This document shows positions 1-9,111 of a DNA stretch of 64,000 nucleotides, in pieces. Positions within the stretch are counted from its first letter, which is position 1. Each line of letters begins with the position of its first letter. The DNA is from Novosphingobium sp. (GTDB taxonomy: Bacteria > Pseudomonadota > Alphaproteobacteria > Sphingomonadales > Sphingomonadaceae). The notes below the pieces were generated by a model that saw only the letters and a list, made by a program, of their open reading frames with translations, made no database searches and had not been told where the DNA came from. The DNA lies in contig JAITWR010000069.1 of NCBI GenBank assembly GCA_031285165.1, positions 677 to 64,676 on the forward strand. The letters are read 5' to 3'. Made by a program: the position numbers and the translations under genes.

Positions 1-1
1 T

Positions 2-517
2 ACCTGCCGGCATCGTACGCTCGTGGCGCATCTGAAAGCGCGGACCATGACCGCGCGCGAAGGCGAATTCCTCGGGCTGGACCGGAACCGGGCGAGCGCC
101 TTGATGCAGGACGGCAAGTGCCTGCTGGAAGACATCATCGGGCAAAGCGTGGCCGGTTTCATCGCTCCGGCCTGGCTTTACGGAGCCGGTGCCCTTTCTG
201 CCCTGGGCGATCGCGGCTTTCAGATTGCCGAGGATCACTGGAAAGTCTGGCAGCCCGGTTCGGGGCGTGTGCTGGCGAAAGGGCCGGTTCTGACCTGGGC
301 GAGCCGCTCTCCGGCCCGGATCGCCTCCTCGCTGCTGGCTGCCCGCGCGCTCGTGCCGCTGCTTGCGCGGATGCGTGTTGCGCGGATCGGCATGCATCCT
401 GCGGATATCCGTGTTCCCGCAATCGTCGCCAGCATCGATCGGGCTGTCGCGCGACTGACGGAAACGCACCGGTCCGGCCGCTATGGCGAACTGGCGATGC
501 AAAGGCATGCCGCGTGA
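2..517 (+). CDS. Polysaccharide deacetylase-like protein (DUF2334 family), 5' truncated by the window edge
   Basis: Frame is open from position 2. Motifs 'EGEFLGL', 'GFIAPAWLY' and 'RIGMHPAD' are typical of NodB-like/DUF2334 proteins. Confidence 0.6.
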   Translation, partial: TCRHRTLVAHLKARTMTAREGEFLGLDRNRASALMQDGKCLLEDIIGQSVAGFIAPAWLYGAGALSALGDRGFQIAEDHWKVWQPGSGRVLAKGPVLTWASRSPARIASSLLAARALVPLLARMRVARIGMHPADIRVPAIVASIDRAVARLTETHRSGRYGELAMQRHAA

Positions 518-674
518 CCGCACTGAGCCTCGCCCACGTCGAACGGTTCACCATCGGGCACGCCGCAACCGCGGATCGCGGCAGATCGCACAGGCACCCG
601 CAGGACACGGGCACCTGTGCCGTCGCGGGTGGGGGGAGCCTTCCCGACAAGTTCCTTCCGGAGACATTTTTCAT

Positions 675-1640
675 ATGAATGCGCGTGCTGTTTTCGACAA
701 GGCCGCCATGTCGCCCGTCATTCCTGCCGCCGCCTCTCCCAACCTGAGCCGGATCATCGATCCGGCGCCGCTCGTTCGGACTGGCCGAAACTGGACAAAA
801 TGGCTGGGGCCTCTTGTATCGGTGCTGATTCTGGTTGTCGTGGCCTGGCAACTGCGCCGGATGGATATTCGCGGGATCGCGGCCCTGATGCCGATGAACG
901 GCCTGTTCTGGGCCGCGTTCATCGCTTACTATTTTGCCGGCCCGATATCCGAATGGATCATCTTCCGGCGCCTCTGGTCGCTTCCGGTCGATGGCTTTCC
1001 GGCACTCCTGCGCAAGCTCGTCAGCAACGAGATCCTGCTTGGTTATCTGGGCGAGGTGTATTTCTATGCCTGGGCGCGTCGGCACACCGGGATCGTCACT
1101 GCGCCGTTCGGCGCCGTGAAGGACGTCGCGGTGCTGAGTGCGCTCATGGGCAACCTGCTGACACTGGTGATGATCGTCATCTCGGTGCCGCTGCTGGGCC
1201 TGTTGCACCTGGGTCTGAACAGCTCTGCCGTCATCGCCTCGCTTGCCTTCCTGCTCGCGCTGTCGGCGGCGACGTTCGTGATGCGAAAGCGGCTGTTTAC
1301 GCTGCCCCTGCGCGATCTGTGGTTTGTGGCGGGGCTTCACACAGGGCGTATCGTGGTGATGATCTTCCTTGCGGCCGTCCTGTGGAATATCCTTCTGCCC
1401 GCGGTTGCGGTGACCTGGTGGCTGCTCCTGGCCACGGTGCGCCAGTTGCTCTCGCGTTTGCCCTTCCTGCCCAACAAGGACGTCGCCTTCGCGGGCGTTG
1501 CCGCATATCTGGTCGGCCCGAACGCGCCGATCGCCGCTGCGATCACGCTCGTCTCGACCTTGATCGTCGCCGCACATCTCCTCGTGGGCGGGTTTGTCGG
1601 GTTGTCCGAACTGATCGGCGAAGATACGCGCAATGATTGA
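675..1640 (+). CDS. Polytopic inner-membrane protein (lysylphosphatidylglycerol-synthase TM / flippase-like)
   Basis: GGAGA RBS before ATG 675; about 8 hydrophobic segments; stop overlaps the next start. Confidence 0.55.
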   Translation: MNARAVFDKAAMSPVIPAAASPNLSRIIDPAPLVRTGRNWTKWLGPLVSVLILVVVAWQLRRMDIRGIAALMPMNGLFWAAFIAYYFAGPISEWIIFRRLWSLPVDGFPALLRKLVSNEILLGYLGEVYFYAWARRHTGIVTAPFGAVKDVAVLSALMGNLLTLVMIVISVPLLGLLHLGLNSSAVIASLAFLLALSAATFVMRKRLFTLPLRDLWFVAGLHTGRIVVMIFLAAVLWNILLPAVAVTWWLLLATVRQLLSRLPFLPNKDVAFAGVAAYLVGPNAPIAAAITLVSTLIVAAHLLVGGFVGLSELIGEDTRND

Positions 1641-2139
1641 CGTTCTCACTCCCCTGATGCTCACCGCTGCGCTGCCGTCCTCCCCCGATCTCGGCAAGGC
1701 CGAAGGCCGGTGTCGTCCCGGCGAACCGGGGCCGTCCCTGCTCGTCGAGGTCATTGGCCTGAAGGATCGGGCAGGGCGGTTGAAACTCGAGCTCTATCCA
1801 GCCAATGACGCCGACTTTCTCAAAGACGACAATCTCCTGGTCGCCGCAGGAAAGACATTTCGTCGTGTAGAGGTGCCGGTTCCTCCGGCGGGGCCGGTGG
1901 CGCTCTGTATCCGTGCGCCGGCGGCGGGAACCTATGCACTCAGCCTGTTGCACGACCGCAATGCCGATCGCAGGTTCCAGCTTTCCGGCGATGGCATCGG
2001 TTTTGCCGGAAATCCGAAGCTTGGCTGGTCGAAGCCGCGTGCAAGCGCGGCGAGTGCGCGCGTGGACGAGGGGCCGACCAGAATACGCATCGTCCTGAAT
2101 TATCGCCGTGGCCTGTCCTTTCGGCCTATTGAGAACTGA
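1633..2139 (+). CDS. DUF2141 domain exported protein
   Basis: Signal-like N-terminus; 'GTYALSLLHDRN...DGIGFAGNP' matches the DUF2141 pattern. Confidence 0.7.
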   Translation: MIDVLTPLMLTAALPSSPDLGKAEGRCRPGEPGPSLLVEVIGLKDRAGRLKLELYPANDADFLKDDNLLVAAGKTFRRVEVPVPPAGPVALCIRAPAAGTYALSLLHDRNADRRFQLSGDGIGFAGNPKLGWSKPRASAASARVDEGPTRIRIVLNYRRGLSFRPIEN

Positions 2140-2144
2140 CTGCG

Positions 2145-3320
2145 TTGCGTATCGTCGATGTCTGCGCGTTTTACTCCCCGCATGGCGGCGGTGTGAAAAC
2201 CTATATCGAGCGCAAGCTGGAAGCCGCCCGGATGGGGCCTGACGAGGTGATCGTCGTCGCTCCCGGTCCGCACCAGGCGGAAAGGCTGTATCGCGACGGC
2301 GGCCGGATCGTGACGATCCCGGGGCCGCGACTGCCGCTCGATCGCCGCTACTTCTACTTCAACGACGAGATCGCGCTTCATGCACTTCTGGATCGGCTGG
2401 ATCCCGATGTCGTCGAAGTGTCTTCGCCCTGGGCAAGCCCGGCGATGGTTGGCCGCTGGCGCGGCCGTGCCCTGCGCTCGCTCGTGATGCATGCCGATCC
2501 GCTTTCCGCCTATGCCTATCGCTGGTTCGGCGGCATCGCCTCGCGCGATCGTATCGACCGCATGTTCACACCCTATTGGCGCCATCTGCGTCGACTCGAC
2601 GCACAGTTCGACGTTGTCGTCAGTGCCAGCGCAAGCCTCAGTTCCCGGCTCAAGGCCGGTGGGCTGCGCAAGGTGCAGACGATCCCGATGGGCGTCCTGC
2701 CCGGGGCGTTTTCACCAGCCTTGCGCGATGAAGTGCTGCGGGCGCGATTGCTGGCGCGTTGCGGGCTGCCGCCAGAGGCCACGCTGCTTGTCGGGCTTGG
2801 CCGTCTGGCGCCGGAAAAGCGCTGGCCGATGGTCATCCAGGCGGTCGCGGCGGCAGGCTACGATCATGCGCTCGGGTTCGTCTTGCTCGGCGACGGCCGC
2901 GACCGCGCGCGCGTGCTGCGCGCCGCAGCAAACAACCCGCACGTCCTGCTGGGGGCGCCTGTGACCGACCGGGCCGAGCTTGCGACCATCCTCGCCAGTG
3001 CCGACGCTCTCGTCCACGGTTGCGAAGCCGAGACTTTCTGCATGGTCGCGGCGGAGGCGAAGGCCAGTGGCCTGCCGCTGTTGGTGCCGGACGAAGGAGG
3101 TGCGAGCGATCAATTCGTCGCCGGGCAGGGCGCGATTTATACGGCCTGTTCCAATGTTGCCCTCGCCGATGCCATCCGTGCTTTCATTGCGGCGGGACCG
3201 GCGGCACAACGTCGGCGCGCGACGGCCGGGGCAGGGCAGGTCCAGAGTATGGATGCACACTTTGCAGAGCTTTTCGCAACTTATGCCCGGCGGACGCGAA
3301 ACCGCGCGAAGGTTGCCTGA
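2145..3320 (+). CDS. GT-B glycosyltransferase, family 4
   Basis: N-terminal 'YSPHGGGVKTY', 'GRLAPEKRW' and the ExFxxxxxE motif 'ETFCMVAAEA'. Confidence 0.85.
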   Translation: MRIVDVCAFYSPHGGGVKTYIERKLEAARMGPDEVIVVAPGPHQAERLYRDGGRIVTIPGPRLPLDRRYFYFNDEIALHALLDRLDPDVVEVSSPWASPAMVGRWRGRALRSLVMHADPLSAYAYRWFGGIASRDRIDRMFTPYWRHLRRLDAQFDVVVSASASLSSRLKAGGLRKVQTIPMGVLPGAFSPALRDEVLRARLLARCGLPPEATLLVGLGRLAPEKRWPMVIQAVAAAGYDHALGFVLLGDGRDRARVLRAAANNPHVLLGAPVTDRAELATILASADALVHGCEAETFCMVAAEAKASGLPLLVPDEGGASDQFVAGQGAIYTACSNVALADAIRAFIAAGPAAQRRRATAGAGQVQSMDAHFAELFATYARRTRNRAKVA

Positions 3321-3356
3321 ACACCCCGCAGCCCCCAACTCCCGCAACACTCGCAC

Positions 3357-4214
3357 TTACGGCCGGGCATCGTCTTTCTCTGCTGCTCCCCCTGTTTCGA
3401 TGGAACGTGCCGGAATGTGCCCATGGAGAGCGTCGATTTCAGCTTGCCGGCGACGGAGATAGGCATCGCGCAATGCAGCGTAGGGATCGGGCGCTTTTTC
3501 CCGAAGTTCGCGAAGTTCGTCATCGATGTTGATGCGATGCTGGAGCGCTCCGATAACGCCCGTTGGAATGGTGTATGTCACCCGGTTGAACGGGCGTCCG
3601 ATGGCCAGTGGCAGGACGAGGCGGTCGAGGCCCCCGCCGACAAGATCACGCACGGTTGTCGGTCCCACCAGGGGAAGGAAAAGGTAGGCGCCGGGCTTCA
3701 CGCCGTAATAGCCGAACGTATCGGCAAAACCGTTCGGACGGTAGGGCAGATGGAATGGTTTCCGCCTGGCGACATCGACAAGGCCCGCCACGCCGATCGT
3801 CGAATTGATGCCGAGACGAGCCAGGGTTTCGGCCGCCTTGCCCGGCTTGAGCTGAAGCAGGAAATTTATCGCGACGACCGGTTCCCGCAGGTTTCGCAAG
3901 GCATTGCGCAGACCGTCACGCGCCGGTTCGGGCACGATGTGCCGGTAGCCCAGCGCAATCGGACCGACTGCGGCTCGATCGACGGCTTGCGTGGCCTCGA
4001 ATGCCTTGACGTTCACCGCCTCCAACGGATCCCCCGCCACTGCGCGAGGTCTGGCCGTCACCACGATCGCGCCGTTCTCTTCGGGAAGGGGAGGCGCCGT
4101 GGTTCCGGCGCTACTTTCCGGGACTTCCGCACGGACGGAAGCGCTATCCGGTACTACGGCACCCGTCGGCGCTTCGCCGATAAACGCCAGCGCAAAAAGC
4201 ACTATCGAACTCAA
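3357..4214 (-). CDS. mlaA: MlaA/VacJ-family outer-membrane lipid-asymmetry protein
   Basis: 'DPLEAVN', 'RLGINSTIGVAGLVDVA', 'GYYGVKPGAYLFLPLVGPTTVRD' and 'DPYAALRDAYLRRR' are VacJ signatures. TTG start; no Cys. Confidence 0.85.
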   Translation of the reverse strand: MSSIVLFALAFIGEAPTGAVVPDSASVRAEVPESSAGTTAPPLPEENGAIVVTARPRAVAGDPLEAVNVKAFEATQAVDRAAVGPIALGYRHIVPEPARDGLRNALRNLREPVVAINFLLQLKPGKAAETLARLGINSTIGVAGLVDVARRKPFHLPYRPNGFADTFGYYGVKPGAYLFLPLVGPTTVRDLVGGGLDRLVLPLAIGRPFNRVTYTIPTGVIGALQHRINIDDELRELREKAPDPYAALRDAYLRRRQAEIDALHGHIPARSIETGGAAEKDDARP

Positions 4215-4268
4215 TGTAAGCCTGCCCTTTGGTGATGCCGTTCGGTTGCGCGATGCAGCCCGCGATTA

Positions 4269-4296
4269 GACGCCGCGGCTTCGCCGCATCCGCAGT
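4269..4296 (-). promoter_or_regulatory. Putative ECF-sigma promoter for mlaA
   Basis: Minus strand reads ACTGCGGA-TGCGGCGAAGCC-GCGGCGTC, the same bipartite motif and spacing as at 4386 and 9632. Confidence 0.7.
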
Positions 4297-4332
4297 TCGA
4301 GAGTTGGGGCGGTATCCCGGCGGCAGCGGAGG

Positions 4333-4366
4333 ATTAAAAAATAAATATTTATATCAATATCCTATG
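4333..4366. promoter_or_regulatory. AT-rich tract between the divergent promoters (UP element or nucleoid-protein site)
   Basis: Perfect palindrome ATAAATATTTAT at 4341-4352 followed by an IHF-like TATCAA, in an otherwise GC-rich context. Confidence 0.4.
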
Positions 4367-4385
4367 ATGACGAGGCGCGTACCCG

Positions 4386-4413
4386 ACTGCTGAAAATCTC
4401 CCGCTGCGGCGTC
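4386..4413 (+). promoter_or_regulatory. Putative ECF-sigma promoter for the hemolysin-family operon
   Basis: ACTGCTGA-AAATCTCCCGCT-GCGGCGTC, ending 25 nt before ATG 4439. A CGTC -10 core is typical of ECF promoters. Confidence 0.7.
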
Positions 4414-4438
4414 CTGGGCAGCGAAAGCGAGGAAAACC

Positions 4439-4990
4439 ATGCCGCAAGGTGTCGAGCAGTTCTTTCTATGCGAGCGTTACAGTACAGCTTTCGGCGCGGA
4501 TATTGTCCCGGGCTTCGAGACCTTTCTGAGCAGTCAGGCAGAAAAGCGGCCTGTGGCTGCTCTCGGCTACAGGCGAGCCGGCCCGGTCCCGCTTTTTCTG
4601 GAAGCCTATCTGGATGCCCCCGCCGAGCGACTGGCCAGTGCTGCGCTGGGCAGGTCGGTGCTGCGCAGCCAGATAATCGAGATCGGCAATTTCGCCGCCG
4701 TCAACGGGCATACGATGATCCGGCTGTGGGGAGCGGCGGCAAACGATCTGGCGGGGGCGGGGGAAGTCGCGATCGCGACATTGACGCGCCCTTTGCGCCA
4801 TATGTTCGCGCGTATCGGCGTCCCGATTATCGAGCTGGCGCCAGCGCATCGTGAGCGGCTCGGTTCCTCGGCCGGGATATGGGGGTGCTATTACGAGCTT
4901 GATCCCTGCGTTTGCGTGGGCATCATCGCGGATGGCCAACGCGCGATCAACGCCTTCCTGACCCGTCGCCATCGCAGCGAGGCCGCCTGA
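4439..4990 (+). CDS. 'Thermostable hemolysin' (delta-VPH/T_hemolysin) family protein, probable acyltransferase-like enzyme
   Basis: 'ERYSTAFGA', 'AALGYR', 'PLFLEAYLDAP', 'IIEIGNFA' and 'WGCYYE..P'; typical gene neighbourhood for this family. Confidence 0.8.
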   Translation: MPQGVEQFFLCERYSTAFGADIVPGFETFLSSQAEKRPVAALGYRRAGPVPLFLEAYLDAPAERLASAALGRSVLRSQIIEIGNFAAVNGHTMIRLWGAAANDLAGAGEVAIATLTRPLRHMFARIGVPIIELAPAHRERLGSSAGIWGCYYELDPCVCVGIIADGQRAINAFLTRRHRSEAA

Positions 4991-4995
4991 CGGAT

Positions 4996-7050
4996 ATGAT
5001 CCTGTTCGATACCATGGCCGCGCACGGCGCGGCTCACCCCGATCGCGTTGCCCTTGATGCGCTCGACGGATTCCCGATTACCTACGGTACACTCGGCGCC
5101 AGGGTTGCCGATTGGATAACGAGCCTGTCGAGGGACTGCCCGGCGGCTTGCCCTGTAGTGTTACAGAGAGATCACGGCGTTGAAACCGCGCTGATCGAGC
5201 TGGCGCTGTTGCGGGCAGGTATCCCGGTCTTGTCCTTGCCGGCCTTTTTCACGGCCCGGCAGTCGCAACATGCGATTGAACTCTGCGGGGCTGGCGCCCT
5301 TCCTTCCGGCAACTCCGGCGGGAAGCCCCGGTCCGCTGAACCGGCACCCACCCCTCTCCCCGTCGGGACGGCCCGGATCACCTTTACATCCGGTTCAACG
5401 GACACCCCCAAGGGTATTTGCCTGTCGGCGGAACACATGCTGACTGTCGCCCGGTCGGTCGTCCATGCGGTTGGTGCCGGGCAGGCCGGTCGACATCTGG
5501 CATTGCTGCCGCCCGGTATCCTGCTCGAAACGGTCGCGGGCTTCTTTCCCACGCTCCTTGCGGGCGGCACCTATGTGTGCCCGCCACAGGCCGTGATCGG
5601 GATGTCCGATCCTTTCCGGCCCGATTTCGCCAGGCTCGTCCATGTCATCGCCGAACAGCGCATCACTTCCCTGATCCTCGTCCCCGAATATCTTGCAGGG
5701 ATCGTCCGCATGATGGAGGCCACGGGCACACGGCTTCCACTTCTCACCCTGGTTGCGGTCGGCGGTGCGCGCGTGCCGATCGCGTTGATCGCGCGGGCTC
5801 GCCTGCTCGGCCTTCCCGTGCGCCAGGGCTATGGTCTGACCGAGTGCGCCTCGGTCGTTTCGTTGCAGGAAGAAGGCGATGACGATGCAAGTTCGGCGGG
5901 TAGGTGCCTGCCGCACATGCGCGCGAGCATCGCGACGGATGGCGAGATCGTGCTCGAAGGACAAGGCTGCCTCGGCCCGGTCGGCGGCGAAAGACCTGAA
6001 GCGCCTTTCCATACCGGCGACCTGGGCCGGATCGATGACAATGGCCGCCTGCATATCCACGGGCGCAAGTCGAACCTTATCGTCACCAGTTTCGGACGCA
6101 ACGTCTCGCCGGAATGGGTCGAAGCCTGCCTCGTCGAACAGCCGGACATTTTTCAAGCCCTGGTCTATGGCGACGGACTGCCTGCCCCCGCGGCGTTGAT
6201 CGTGCCGAGCCATGCCGGGGCAGATATCGAGGCCGCAGTCGCGGCGGCCAACGCAAGGCTGCCAGCCTATGCCCGGATCGGAGAATGGCGCGAGGTCGCG
6301 CACTTCACGCCCATGAACGGGCAGCTTACGGGCAATGGCCGCTTGCGCCGTAGCGTGATCGCTGCCGCCTATCTCGACGGGGAGCCCGGCTTTTTCACCG
6401 AGCTTGAGGCCCGGACGGTCCGCGAACGCTTGCGCTTCATGTCCACCCCGCAATTGCAGGCAGGCCTGGCCGGGGCAATCACCCGCGATGTCTATCTCGC
6501 CTATCTCGCGCAGGCCTGGCACCATGTGCGCCACACCGTACCGCTGATGCGGGCAGCGCGCGCGCAACTCGCCGGGCGGCCCGAGATCGTTGCAGCGCTT
6601 GACGATTATATCGCCGAGGAAACGGGGCATGAGGAGTGGATCCTTGCCGATATCGCTGCCGCGGGCGGCGACGCCGAAGCGGTGCGAGCGAGCGAGCCTG
6701 CACCGACGACGCTGGCGATGGTCGATCACGCCTATGACCGGATCGTCAACGGCAACGCCATGGCCTTCTTCGGCATGGTCTATGTGCTCGAGAGCACCAG
6801 CGTCGCACTCGCAACGCATGGCGCGAGTGCGATAGCGAAGAAGCTGGAACTGCCACCGGAGGCTTTCACCTACCTCAACTCTCACGGCTCACTCGACCGG
6901 GATCACATGCGTTTCTTCGCCGACCTGATGAACGGTCTGTCCGACCGTGCCGACCGTGCAGCGATCCTTACCATGGCCAGGGAAATGTTCGGCCTGTTCG
7001 GTGGCGTCTTCGCCTCGATCGACCTGGAGCGCGCCCATGTACCGGCTTGA
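4996..7050 (+). CDS. Fusion of an AMP-dependent ligase (ANL family) and a heme-oxygenase-like diiron oxidase (iron-containing redox enzyme)
   Basis: N-part: 'FTSGSTDTPKG', 'QGYGLTE', 'FHTGDLG', 'GRKSNLI'. C-part: 'WHHVRHT', 'EETGHEEW', 'VYVLES', 'HGSLDRDH'. One continuous ORF. Confidence 0.85.
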   Translation: MILFDTMAAHGAAHPDRVALDALDGFPITYGTLGARVADWITSLSRDCPAACPVVLQRDHGVETALIELALLRAGIPVLSLPAFFTARQSQHAIELCGAGALPSGNSGGKPRSAEPAPTPLPVGTARITFTSGSTDTPKGICLSAEHMLTVARSVVHAVGAGQAGRHLALLPPGILLETVAGFFPTLLAGGTYVCPPQAVIGMSDPFRPDFARLVHVIAEQRITSLILVPEYLAGIVRMMEATGTRLPLLTLVAVGGARVPIALIARARLLGLPVRQGYGLTECASVVSLQEEGDDDASSAGRCLPHMRASIATDGEIVLEGQGCLGPVGGERPEAPFHTGDLGRIDDNGRLHIHGRKSNLIVTSFGRNVSPEWVEACLVEQPDIFQALVYGDGLPAPAALIVPSHAGADIEAAVAAANARLPAYARIGEWREVAHFTPMNGQLTGNGRLRRSVIAAAYLDGEPGFFTELEARTVRERLRFMSTPQLQAGLAGAITRDVYLAYLAQAWHHVRHTVPLMRAARAQLAGRPEIVAALDDYIAEETGHEEWILADIAAAGGDAEAVRASEPAPTTLAMVDHAYDRIVNGNAMAFFGMVYVLESTSVALATHGASAIAKKLELPPEAFTYLNSHGSLDRDHMRFFADLMNGLSDRADRAAILTMAREMFGLFGGVFASIDLERAHVPA

Positions 7051-7792
7051 GGGGCAGACCGTCGCGATCACGGGCGCTGCCGGCGGGCTTGGCGCGCCTG
7101 TCGCCCGACTGCTTGGCGCGGCAGGCCTGAGAACGATCGGGATCGATCGTGTCGAATGCCCGGCTTGCGACACGAGCATCGTCACCGACCTTGCCGACGA
7201 TGTCGCGCTCAAGTCGCTGGCCGAACACCTCGCGAATGCCCCTCCCGATATCCTGGTCAATATCGCAGGCGTGATGCGGTTCGGGCTGCACGAAAGCCAA
7301 CCTATCGAGGCGCTGTCTCTCTGCTACCGGGTCAACCTGCTGGTCCCCGCAGTCCTCGCGCGGGCCGTTGCGGCACCGATGCGCAGACGGGGCCATGGCC
7401 AGATCGTCAATATCGGTTCCGTGCTGGGCCTGATCCCTTATCCGTGGTTCGCAGCCTATTCGAGCAGCAAGGCCGGGCTCGCCGCATTGAGCCAGAGCTT
7501 GCGTCGTGAACTTGCCGGCACCGGGGTTGCCGTCACTCACATCAACCCGCGCGCGGCGCGCACGGCGTTCAACAATTCCGAGGTCAATCGCTTTCTCGAG
7601 ATCACCGGAATGAAGGCCGACGCGCCCGAATGGGTGGCGAGGCGGATTGTCGCTGCCATCCTTGCAAGGCGCGCGACGGTGAGCATCGGTGCGATGGAGC
7701 GCTTTTACGCCATGCTCAACGCCATCGCGCCCGGTCTGATCGATGCCGGCCTCGCCTCGCAAATCAGGAAAGCGCGGGCAGAATTTCCATGA
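7037..7792 (+). CDS. Short-chain dehydrogenase/reductase
   Basis: TGAAGGLG and YSSSK motifs; start overlaps the upstream stop. Confidence 0.9.
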   Translation: MYRLEGQTVAITGAAGGLGAPVARLLGAAGLRTIGIDRVECPACDTSIVTDLADDVALKSLAEHLANAPPDILVNIAGVMRFGLHESQPIEALSLCYRVNLLVPAVLARAVAAPMRRRGHGQIVNIGSVLGLIPYPWFAAYSSSKAGLAALSQSLRRELAGTGVAVTHINPRAARTAFNNSEVNRFLEITGMKADAPEWVARRIVAAILARRATVSIGAMERFYAMLNAIAPGLIDAGLASQIRKARAEFP

Positions 7793-7815
7793 CTATTCAT
7801 CAAGGAGCAGCAAGC

Positions 7816-8454
7816 TTGAAACTTCGCATGTTAGCGGCCGTTGCCGCAGTGATGCTCGCGGCAACCCCGGCAGTCGTGCTGGCCGGAGTGGGTGAAGACG
7901 TAAAGACCATCAACGATGGTTGGGCTCATATCGTTTATGAGGTTCGCGGGTCGAGCACGCAGACCAGGGCGCTCGACGCGCTTGCAAACCAGGCGGCCCA
8001 GATCGTCGCGCGCTACCCCGGAAAGGCCGAGCCCCTGTTGTGGCAAGGGATCGTCACCAGCGAGCAGGCGAACCGCGCGAACTTCTTTCACAAGCTGGGG
8101 CTTGCAACGCGTGCCCGCGACATCATCGCCCATGCCTATGCCATCGATCCCCATGCGGCCAGAGGCGGTGCCGCGATGAGTCTGGCCGTCCTTTACTACA
8201 AGGTGCCCGGTTCGCCGATCGGCTTCGGCGACAAGGCCAGGGCGCGCAGGCTGCTCAACGAAGCGCTCGTGCAGGATCCGAACGGGCTCGACGCCAATTA
8301 TTTCTATGGCGATTTCCTGCTCGATCAGGGCGACAAGGCCGGTGCCCGTTCGCACCTGCAAAAGGCCTTGCAGGCGCCGCACGATCCGTTGCGCCCGGTC
8401 TGGGACGCGGGGCGCCGGCGCGAGGTGCAGGCACTGCTTGCCAGGACGCGATAG
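7816..8454 (+). CDS. Secreted TPR-like protein
   Basis: AAGGAG RBS before TTG 7816 (alternative ATG 7789); Sec signal peptide; helical repeats 'LYYKVPGSPIGFGD' and 'DANYFYGDFL'. Confidence 0.7.
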   Translation: MKLRMLAAVAAVMLAATPAVVLAGVGEDVKTINDGWAHIVYEVRGSSTQTRALDALANQAAQIVARYPGKAEPLLWQGIVTSEQANRANFFHKLGLATRARDIIAHAYAIDPHAARGGAAMSLAVLYYKVPGSPIGFGDKARARRLLNEALVQDPNGLDANYFYGDFLLDQGDKAGARSHLQKALQAPHDPLRPVWDAGRRREVQALLARTR

Positions 8455-8462
8455 GAAGCTGC

Positions 8463-9077
8463 GTGACATTTGCGGCAGCCCTTGCCGGGCAGCTTGCCCG
8501 TCCGCGCGGTTCGGTCGGTCGCCTGCTCGGACATGCGATGGATTTTGCCAATCGCAAGCCCACGAGGCTCGCGATCGACCTGCTCGCGCCTCGTGCGGGT
8601 GAGCGCATACTGGACGCTGGTTGTGGAACCGGTGCAGCCCTTGATGCCATGTTGCGCCGGGGGGCCACAGATGTCATCGGCATCGATCCGTCCGGGGTGA
8701 TGACGAAAATGGCCGCAGGGCGGCTCAAGGCGCGCGCTGCCGTGCATCGCTCAAGCATCGAGAGCATGTCTTTCGAGCCCGCCTCGTTCGACGGCGCCCT
8801 GCTTCTGAACGTCCTCTATTTCTGTGATGCGGACGGGTCGCAATTGGCGTGTGTTCGAGACGTGTTGAAGCCCGGTGGCCGCGCCGTAGCCTATGTCACG
8901 CACCGCGACACGATGAGCAATTGGGCCTTCGCACGTGTCGGGCGTCATCGTCTCTACGATGAGGGCGAATTGATGGATATCTTCGTTCGGGCAGGATTTG
9001 CACGGGAGACGGTTTCGGTGCAGTCTCACGCCATCACCAATTCGGTCATCGGATTGCTGGCAATTGCGACCCGTTGA
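8463..9077 (+). CDS. Class I SAM-dependent methyltransferase
   Basis: 'ILDAGCGTG' motif I and 'VLKPGG'. Confidence 0.85.
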   Translation: MTFAAALAGQLARPRGSVGRLLGHAMDFANRKPTRLAIDLLAPRAGERILDAGCGTGAALDAMLRRGATDVIGIDPSGVMTKMAAGRLKARAAVHRSSIESMSFEPASFDGALLLNVLYFCDADGSQLACVRDVLKPGGRAVAYVTHRDTMSNWAFARVGRHRLYDEGELMDIFVRAGFARETVSVQSHAITNSVIGLLAIATR

Positions 9078-9111
9078 CCTCGAGCAGATCGGCCGGTTGG
9101 GAAGCGTGGCG

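Noticed and set aside
4439-4990. Hemolysin as a toxin or virulence factor
   Set aside because: No secretion signal, and the context is biosynthetic; the family name is historical.
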